A stretch of 48,416 nucleotides of DNA, counting the filler, from Streblomastix strix (Eukaryota): the NCBI GenBank assembly GCA_008636045.1. It is 2 parts of 2 records of this genome, joined end to end, with 100 filler letters (N's around TTAATTAATTAA, not from the genome) between each part and the next. Parts side by side here need not be neighbours in the genome. Positions count along the whole stretch, not along the records: positions 24,265 to 48,416 come from SNRW01000246.1; 1 more part is not named here. One strand, written 5' to 3'. Numbering within the stretch: the first letter of the stretch is position 1; every line of letters begins with the position of its first letter. This document shows positions 40,201 through 48,416 of the stretch, one piece after another. The notes beneath the pieces were generated by a model, which saw only the letters and a program-made list of their open reading frames with translations, did not search any database and was not told where the DNA came from. Both the position numbers and the translations under genes were made by a program.

Positions 40201-41828
40201 ATCTTTAGGATCAAATACTTTTGAGTTACAATGTGGACAAAATTTCAATCCTATTAATGCTTATTTATTAGCTATAGCGAAAGCATGTGATACCTTATTT
40301 CCTTCCCAAATCGATTCAACAACTAATATATCGATTGTCTTAATTTCTTATTTTCATTTTACTCTTCCTATTAATACATTACTTACAATCCTCTATAATA
40401 ATTCTTATGTTCATTATCTTTATAGTAAATGTCTTAGTTAATTTTTAATTTTTATGATACAATATTAGCGTATTTAGTTATATCTAATCCATCAAATGTC
40501 TTCAATAAATCTGTCATTTTTATATTCTTTGAATCGAATGGTAGCTCTAATACTTAACCTAATTGTTGCTTGCTAATGCTAATTATTTCATTATTAAAAT
40601 AACGTTTCTCCTTTGAATCAGGCTGTAATGCCTTTGCTACTACTTCCATATAACAATTATTATTATTATTCCCAGTATTTTTACATATAACATTTTTGCG
40701 ACCATTACAATGAAAATCGATTAATTTTTTCATGCAAGCTCCAACAATTTGAGGTGAAAGATTAAATGTTTTAATCATCATTGAATAGATAGCTATGTAA
40801 CATTACCTTATATTAACTAATGTATAATTCTACATATTTATTATCTCAGATTTAATGTATTAATAATACTCATTAATATCGTCTTCAGATTATATAAGTT
40901 TAGGAGCATGTTCTTATTTATGAGTATCTCTATGTAATATATATCCATAATCAACATAAACGAATTCATGTTAATCATATTTTAATTCTTCGTAGATTAC
41001 ACCGAAATTGAATTGAATCTTGAATGCTTTATGGCGCTATTACTCATAAACCTAATCAATAAACTATTTAATATCTGATAATGATTAGATAACATTATTA
41101 TAGTGTAATTCACTAAGTTACTCATTCGGTTCTGTTTTTTCTATTGTACGTTCACGAGCAAATCCTTATCTTGCATCATAAACTGTTGCAATAAATTGCT
41201 CCATATTCACAGGAAGAAAATATAATAGAGTACCTGCATCATTATCTATTTCTCTAACATTCTATCCATTAAACTACTTAATTCTATCATTAATCTCTTT
41301 ATTTTGTTTGATAATTATTTAATATTGTAGATTCGCATCATATTCTTCATCCATAATTTTTTTGGCTTATTCTTGTTCTCTGTTGATTAAATCAGTCCAA
41401 TAATCATCAGCATATTGTTAATCTTATTCTCTACGATATTCTTATAAATCTTATTCATATTAATTTGAATGATAATGAGTTAAATCTTAATGTAATTATC
41501 GATTCTATTCTTATAAATCATTATAGTAAATATCTGCTTATTGTTACAATTAATCCCTTCGATATTCTTATAAATCTTAATCATATTGATTCTATTTGAA
41601 ATGCTTAGTCATATCTTTTGATTTGATAATTTACTGATTGTATTAATGAATCTATTTAAGATGAGTTTTCAAATTATTGTTGTTATTTCTACATCGTTTC
41701 TTATAATTAATTTTGTCTAAATATTTTTTAAGTTAATCTTTAAGCTATTTTACTTTTAATTATTCATTGATGTTTTTGTTGTTGATTTTGATTAGTTTAA
41801 TTAGCTCCTCTTTCTTTGGGTAAGACAT
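37240..41828 (-). pseudogene. protein-primed family B DNA polymerase with long N-terminal region and HNH-like insert (~1530 codons)
   Basis: ExoI YDLET, ExoII GFNSSRFD, KGLFPYE, ITGG, motif A DFNSLYPS, motif B KIVMNSSYG, motif C degenerate (EDTNS), ALAPKNY and KLKGV. Several TGAs and a frameshift near 40350. Confidence 0.92.
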
Positions 41829-41862
41829 TTTGTTTAAAATAAAAATAATTTATTTAGACAGC

Positions 41863-43332
41863 TCATTAAAATTGTATTTCTAGAAGTAAATTATTATACA
41901 TATCCATATATTACATTGGTATCTTTCTTCCAAAATTATCATATAACGTAAATACTAACGATTTGTTCTGTCCCACAAGACATTACTGACTCATCATATT
42001 CTCTCCTCATAATACTGGAGCATCAACCAAATTCTATTTGAAACATACATTTGAGAATCCATTACCTCCTATTGATTGTAAAGTTATTCCTTGTAATTAG
42101 TTAGATACACAAATTATCAGCATTTATGGATACTCTAGAAAATTCGCTATATATGGACAGAATATTGGTAAATCAACTTCTAAACTTTAACTATCATGTT
42201 TAGTTTAATAGAACCATACTTTGAGATCAATTTGTTTAATAGTTGACGATAAATTAACTAATTAATTGACTCCATTCTCATTCTATTTATCGTAAAGATC
42301 TTACCCACCAACTAATTATACATATAGATTTGGAGATAAAAGTATACGATTAGCGAACCAGTAAGTATTGTTTTATTAACAATAATCAGTGACTACTTAT
42401 GGTATAAATTAACCATAATAATTAGTTCTTCCAACAGAAGTATAAATATCCTACCATTCAACTATACTAAAAGCTGATAATGAATTGATAATTCTAACAG
42501 GAAATGTGTTAATATTATTAATGACTTATTAAATTGTTAATTGTTATACATTAATTGGTTAAGCATCAGATGTAGTAAATGTACCATTAGCTTTTATATC
42601 TACTTACTTACCGAATAGGTACCTTATTGATAATCAGTTACCTTATGTAAAATATTTAGGTTCAATTGATGTTATGTAATTATTTGATGTAGTGCAATAT
42701 AATCGTATTAAACCTATCATTCGATACAACTCATTAACTGTGGAATCTAATATCCAGTAATGATAGAGAAATGCATCAATTCTAAGGTTATTGTAATTGA
42801 TTGCTGATTTCACTAAATCTTAACCATAATTCTAGTTTAATGAGAACATATTATTTTATAATTTTTAAACATGCTCGTTAATTGCATTATTAAAGCATAT
42901 TGCCCCACTATTCAAAGTCGATTATGATCTAAAATATTTCTCAATTGCATCAGTAAAATTATCATATTATGTTAGTGTTAGGAAAAATAATTATGGAGTA
43001 TATTTATAACCTTAAATTGTTTAATCTCTATTATAAGCATTATTTATTTCAGTATTCAAACTAATACGTATTGGAGGTGAACTATCTAGTAATTAACAAT
43101 GAAACTAATCCTCACCAATTTACTATTAGAAATAGATTTTCCTTGAATCAGTAGATACTATATTATGCTATATTTCTATATAATCATTGTTCAAATAATA
43201 TGTCAAATTAATTGGAATGTTATTGATACAATTAACTTGAAAGCTTTAACTTCCACAAGGATTAGTTGTTTACCATGTTACGTAATCCTTATCTGAATCT
43301 GAGTTGATAATTTGTAAGCCGATGCTAATCAT
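41863..43332 (-). pseudogene. putative minor capsid (penton) protein (489 codons, two internal TGAs)
   Basis: C-terminal SLVFTLYDNFGRKIPMQYM...LLLEIQF; homologue of 20191-21672. Confidence 0.6.
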
Positions 43333-43352
43333 TTCATTGAAACAAAAATAAA
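43330..43352 (-). promoter_or_regulatory. 23-nt leader of the penton-like gene, identical to the MCP leader
   Basis: CATTTCATTGAAACAAAAATAAA on the + strand at both loci. Confidence 0.65.
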
Positions 43353-43383
43353 CTCCAAACATGGCTTGGCAGATCGAAGATCT

Positions 43384-43608
43384 TCATGCTCTTTCATTTA
43401 AATACTATATCTATTTCATTACTGCTGATTAGCTGCTCTCTGAAGCTATTTATACAATTTCTTTTAATTGTTCCATCTTAAGACATTTATTGTATTATCT
43501 AAATATAAATCTCAATTCTATCTCAGGATCATTCTTTGTCGCTCCTGATATAAGTTAACTCAAAAACGTTGAATAAGTCATAAATTCTTCACAATTCATT
43601 TTTTGCAT
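43384..43608 (-). CDS. conserved orphan Z (74 aa); frame is open upstream to ATG 43761, adding a TM segment
   Basis: ATKNDPEIELRFIFRQYNKCLKME; homologue of 21715-21936. Confidence 0.75.
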
Positions 43609-43798
43609 ACTTTTAATCTAGAATCTCCGATTATTGCATACTTTTAATTTAGAAAAATAATTTTATTTTAACAAAGTTACTATTAGCAAAATGCTAGAAA
43701 TGATAATCAGAATGTCCAAACAAATTGGTTGTTATTTCTTAATCGGTTATTTTGTTTCCATTTGCTTATTACTAAAATATTAATTAACTCTAATTAAA

Positions 43799-44833
43799 AT
43801 GTCAAAACGTGAAATTAAAAAAGAAGAAACAAAACGACCCAAAGGACGACCGAATAATAAACCAACAGCAACTAATGCAAACGAATATATGTAATTAAAG
43901 AAACCTTTTACGCATTAAGGACAAACTGTTAATCCATTAAATATAGCAAAAGTTCCATAAATTTTGTGGGATTTAGGAAAATATGAGTAAGCATAAGGTA
44001 GAATGAAATAAATAGATTATTAAGCATTATTGAGGCAGATACATCAAGTAGATAAAAGTGTTTCGTTTTATGAAGCTGATGCTGGAATACAAGGATTAAA
44101 AGGCACTGTCAGAAGAGAAAGAATATATGGATCTTTTGATCCCACGGGATTAGTTGCTGATGCTATTTAAACGTAATAATTGGTGTAATAAATTTTGGCA
44201 CCATAATAGTTATAATCATAATAAGAAGCCAATTTCAATCATAATTTAAACATTAATGATCGATTAGATTAACCATCATAACGAGATCCAAGTAATATAG
44301 GACCATCAGCTCCTGATCATAGTATAAAAGATAATGATGATGAAAGAATGGAATTATTTGGAGGATATAATCGTTCCTAAATATAACCATAATAGGAACT
44401 AAATCCTTACTCTAAAAATACTGATTAATAAACTGATTTTGCTCAATAAGTTGATGCAACATAGGAAGATGCCGAAGATGAAAAGGAAGAGGCTATAGAA
44501 GAATAAGAACTTGAAGAAGATAATGAAGAAACTAATAGAGAATTATAATATATTGGAGGATTAAATTGGGGATAAGAACCAGTGCATCCTCACTATAATA
44601 AAAGACCAATTGGACAGATTAATGATTTTGGTTATAGAGTAATTGATTAAGGATTATCTGTATATGCAAAGAAAAAACCTATGTCCGAAGAGGAATAATT
44701 AAACTAACCAAAAAAATAGAAAAAATTCATCTCCAATAAAGAATTGAAGAGCACATTAAAAGCATAATCAAAACTCAAAAAATAAACAAGCCGATAATCA
44801 CGCAAGAAGCCATAGGATAAGAAATCAAAATGA
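43799..44833 (+). CDS. orphan, 344 aa, basic termini with RPKGRP AT-hook-like motif (candidate core protein)
   Basis: Open with TAR=Gln; homologue of 22147-23116. Confidence 0.7.
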
Positions 44834-44841
44834 AATTGCGC

Positions 44842-45093
44842 TCATAGGTTGGGATCTTCAATTAATCGAGAAATTTACTCTAAAATATCATCTGATAATA
44901 TTGTTTTATTAAATATATCAATTATTCTTGATTACTAAATAGAGAGTTATTCTTTAAATTATTTTTACTTTAAACGTTTTCTCTTCTTAGCTTCACCACG
45001 ATATTTCTTAGCCATTTCTTATGCTTCTTATTCGGTAAAATATTTCTTTGGTCTTCCGACTTTTTAAGTAAGTTTTAAGATTTCTGCGTCCAT
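44842..45093 (-). CDS. small AT-hook-like basic protein, 83 aa
   Basis: KVGRPKKYFTEQEAQEMAKKYRGEAKRRKR. Confidence 0.65.
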
Positions 45094-45113
45094 TTATTTA
45101 TCTAGTAAAAATA

Positions 45114-46271
45114 TCAAACCAGTTTAAAAGTTCTCTTATATTTATCTTTTAATGTTTCAGTATTATTTGCAACCTTATGAGTATAATAAATTGGTAAGTC
45201 AAAAATCATAATATCATTGTATGGTTTCAATAGCTCGCAAACAACATTTCCATGTTCATATTTTATAAATGTAGCTATTTCGTTAAACTATCTTCGTTAT
45301 TTCTCAAATAGATGTGCAGTCTTTTTCAAATCAAGATGTATAGTTATAATATTACCTTTCTTTAGAACATATAGATTATCCTTGTATTGTTATCCCTTTA
45401 CATCAGTTTATTCTTTCATTTTTTATCAAATGTATATTCCTTCTAAATTTTCATTCTCATTTACTTATTTAGGAGAGAATTTCTATTTAAAAGCTTAATG
45501 TTTTGTGTTATTATAATCATCTACAACTTATTTTAACTATTTATTATTATCCATTAGTTAAGGATCTTTTTCAAACGCATTCCTTATAGTTCTGACTATT
45601 GAATCAACTACTCTATTTTTATTAACGAAAGGAGATGAGTTATAGAAATAATTTATGTCGTTCTCTTTCAAATAATCCTTAACTTATTTACTTTCCAACG
45701 CTGATTCACCATCTGATCTTATATTGCTAACAAGTTAGTAAGATTTTAATTATTTTATACACTTTACTAGTTCTTTAGCTGATTTATCTTTAATTGGAAA
45801 CGCTACTAGAAAGTTAGTGTTGATATTAATACAAAATAGATATTATCGAATTACTTTTTTAATTGTTGGATGCATTATAAATATAATATCTATTTCCCAA
45901 CTCCTTAACTCAGGTGAGAAATAGGGACGTTAATACTTCTTTAATGGCTTCAATTTAATGTCTTACACTATATAGGTTTTATCTTTAACTTTACTCATTA
46001 ATGGATTCTTAATTTTTTATGGATCCTGTTAAACCTTTGGTTTTTAAGGTTTAACATTCTACTTTATTCGTTCAGCATGATACTTTTAAAAGTTATCAAG
46101 ATAAATCTTATACCATTAAGAAATAAATTTATCTTCAAATTATTCATCCAAAATATTTAGGTTGAATTACTTTTTAAATACAAAATTCTAATTCTTAATG
46201 AAATCGATTAATTTTATTTTATCGACTTTAAACGCTTTATCATCTATAAATTATATAATTTATTTTTACAT
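45114..46271 (-). pseudogene. retroviral-type (rve) integrase (385 codons, TGA at 45426-45428)
   Basis: WEIDII...YLFCININTNFLVAFPIKDKSA...IRSDGES...NRVVDSIVRTIR...YNNTKH...SP. Confidence 0.88.
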
Positions 46272-46822
46272 TTATTTTATTAATAAATCATTCATATAAG
46301 CGAACAGATTTTTCTCGACCCATAACGCTAACTAAAATTGCGTTAATCGAAAAACGTAAATTTTTATTCAGTAATTCTTTGAATTATTTCTCATACACAT
46401 TTTTATAAAATATTAACCCAAAAATCAAACCGAACAAACAATCCTACACGCTGCTCCACACAATTTTTTAAAAAGACCAACTTTATTGGTTAACTCTTTA
46501 TATTTTTTAATTATAAATTAAGAACATGCGCTTGAATAATCGTTATCGTTCATATATATGACAATACACATAATTAATCCATAACGTTTATCGCTGCGTT
46601 AATTTTTAAGATTAACGCTTATTTATTCATACTTTGTATTAGTGTTGTGGATTAATGCTTTCGAATATGTTTATTCTATAGGTTTGAAGAAGATTGGTTG
46701 TTGCAGGTTTAAAATCATATTAAATAAAATCAATTTATCATACCGATTCTATAATCGTGGGCAAATTGATATAAATTAATATGATTTTGAAGTTGCCACA
46801 AACTTCTTCTTACTATACTACT
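46253..46822 (-). repeat. right terminal inverted repeat (~570 bp)
   Basis: Inverted copy of 26437-27007, ending ...TACTATACTACT. Confidence 0.95.
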
Positions 46823-47097
46823 AATATCTACTTGAGATTATACTATTTCACTCTTTTATTCAATTAAAGATTTTCTTATTCAAATTAATCTTATCAATTT
46901 GATTATTTTTTTAATTTATTTCATGTATTCATCTACCAATATTGAAACAACTAATAGATTTAAAGTAATATATTCTATATTTTTCATACATTCGTATTGT
47001 ATTATTTAAAAAAAATAAAAGAAAAACTAGAAATGATTATTAATTTTGAAATGAATTGTATTGGTTCGAATGAGATGATAGAAAGAAAATAATATAG

Positions 47098-47627
47098 TCA
47101 ACTTCTTCGTTTATTCTTTTTCATTTGTTTCTTCTTCTTCTGCATTGCATTTCTTCTATTCAAATGGCGCCATCTTTTATAATGCTTTTCCATATTTGGC
47201 GAGCGTGTTGGAATTGCACGTTCTTATTGAGTCACAACTACTCCCTACTTACTTCTGCGGCTATTCATAGATACTTTCCCATTTTAAACTCCATCAATCA
47301 CTCGTGCGTTCCCACGGCCAGCTTTAAAGAATTTTTCGATATTTTCAACTGTCGCGTTTTCCATCGGTTTCATAAGAATATTTTCTTTTTCATATAAATT
47401 TTCTTACTGAAACAAATTAATTGTTGTATTGTCTATTTATTAATAATAAAAATAAATTGAATAAGAGGACAAATAAAGTAAACAACAAAAAAATATCGAA
47501 ATAGCAAAAATAAGTGTTAAACAAAATTTTGAATACCGATTTCATTTTCCAAGTTATATGTCGCATCATTTGCGTGAACCCGCAACAATAACACAGATGC
47601 GACGATTAGATAAATTGCTGTTAACAT
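47098..47627 (-). CDS. small secreted-type host protein, 141 aa (exons 47627-47537 and 47432-47098)
   Basis: Signal-peptide-like MLTAIYLIVASVLLLRVHA; GT-AG intron 47536-47433 keeps the frame; very basic C-terminus ...HYKRWRHLNRRNAMQKKKKQMKKNKRRS*. Confidence 0.65.
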
Positions 47628-48123
47628 TTTGAAGGGTGAAATTCATCAGCTTAATACATTCATATTTAAATATCTGATTGTTTGTTTAAAAAATATTTAT
47701 AATATTCAAATACTAGGTAGAGAATAAAATCTTAACTTTCTGTACAGAAATATGTTTCTGAATAGATTTGATACGTAATAAATTTCAATTTTTATTGAGT
47801 TTGGCTTATAATTCCAATATCTATCATTATAATAAATAATTATCTATTTCTCACCTAGAAAATCAAAAATAATTTATTTAACTAACACAAGAACTAAATA
47901 TGTTATTCTATTGTTATTATTCGAATTAATACCTTTATATACTTCCATTATTTTACTTTTATATAAATTTCTAAAATAAGTTGTCGCTAAAAACAGCAAA
48001 TTAATGTTTTTTTTTTTAATCAAGGACTGTACCCATTATAGCATTACTATTTTCATTCATTCTTTTTTTTTGTTAAAGATTCCGTTTTACATCTTTTTAA
48101 TTTATTTTCATATAGAAAAAAGG

Positions 48124-48416
48124 ATGGAACAAACCGATTTCGAGACGCACGGCGATGTGTAAATTGTCCATTCTTTCAACGAGGTCTACATTTATTTCTA
48201 TTCATACCCTATTTTTCAATTATATTTTTTTTATTCATTACTTATTTTTACAGATGGGCCTCTCAGAAGACCTTCTTCGTGGCATAGTTGGCTATGGATT
48301 TGAGAAACCATCAGCAATCCAACAACGAGCGATTGCACCAGTTCTTCGAGGTCGAGATGTAATTGCACAAGCTCAATCAGGAACTGGAAAGACAGCTACA
48401 TTCAGTATTGCTGCAC
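48124..48416 (+). CDS. EIF4A3: DEAD-box helicase of the eIF4A family, most like eIF4A-III; 5' part (intron 48184-48253)
   Basis: [42 protein letters not shown]...[20 protein letters not shown] (Q motif and motif I). Confidence 0.85.

Larger units (their letters stand above)
26437..46822. mobile_element. complete Polinton/Maverick-like endogenous virus (element B), ~20.4 kb
   Basis: TIRs at both ends, 5'-AGTAGT...ACTACT-3' termini, flanking AGTATC/AATATC (6-bp TSD, 1 mismatch), and pPolB, integrase, packaging ATPase and capsid-like genes inside. Confidence 0.95.

Noticed and set aside
43603..43654. 21-bp tandem duplication TTGCATACTTTTAAT(C/T)TAGAA
   Set aside because: Small local duplication at the start of orphan Z with no evidence of function.
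30598..46271. TGA reassigned as a sense codon or read through in the element
   Set aside because: Internal TGAs replace different residues (Trp, Arg, Gly, Ser, Leu) relative to the homologue, and genes end cleanly at TGA, so decay is the simpler explanation.
15309..46822. Bacterial prophage or contaminant, suggested by the tail-fibre motifs
   Set aside because: Genes use the host TAR=Gln code, sit within Polinton TIRs and TSD, and are contiguous with intron-containing eukaryotic genes.
93..47397. Most ORFs in the supplied six-frame track (e.g. 93-353, 7348-7593, 18788-19027, 23453-23674, 28579-28794, 45217-45498, 47125-47397)
   Set aside because: Computed with the standard code. They are antisense or off-frame shadows, or fragments of longer TAR=Gln genes.

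Overview
Very AT-rich, intron-containing eukaryotic DNA that uses a variant genetic code: TAA/TAG read as Gln and only TGA stops. This is why the supplied standard-code ORF track shows only fragments. The code and style suggest an oxymonad such as Streblomastix (inference only). An artificial N44-TTAATTAATTAA-N44 spacer at 24165-24264 probably joins two separate contigs. The right part holds a complete ~20.4 kb Polinton/Maverick-like endogenous virus (element B, 26437-46822) with ~570-bp TIRs, AGTAGT...ACTACT ends and a 5/6-matching TSD. It encodes a protein-primed PolB with an internal HNH-like insert, a retroviral-type integrase, an A32-like packaging ATPase, putative major and minor capsid proteins, two phage-like fibre proteins, a small peptide resembling the adenovirus protein VI lytic helix, and about ten orphans. 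Many of these genes carry TGA stops or frameshifts. The left part ends in a truncated, rearranged, divergent relative (element A, ~15438-24164). Host genes or remnants: CCHC zinc-knuckle gene, hAT and pogo-like transposase relics, SLC44-like and ABCC-like pseudogenes, PHO80-type cyclin, a small secreted basic protein, and the 5' end of eIF4A-III. All translations and alignments were done by eye; no database searches were run.
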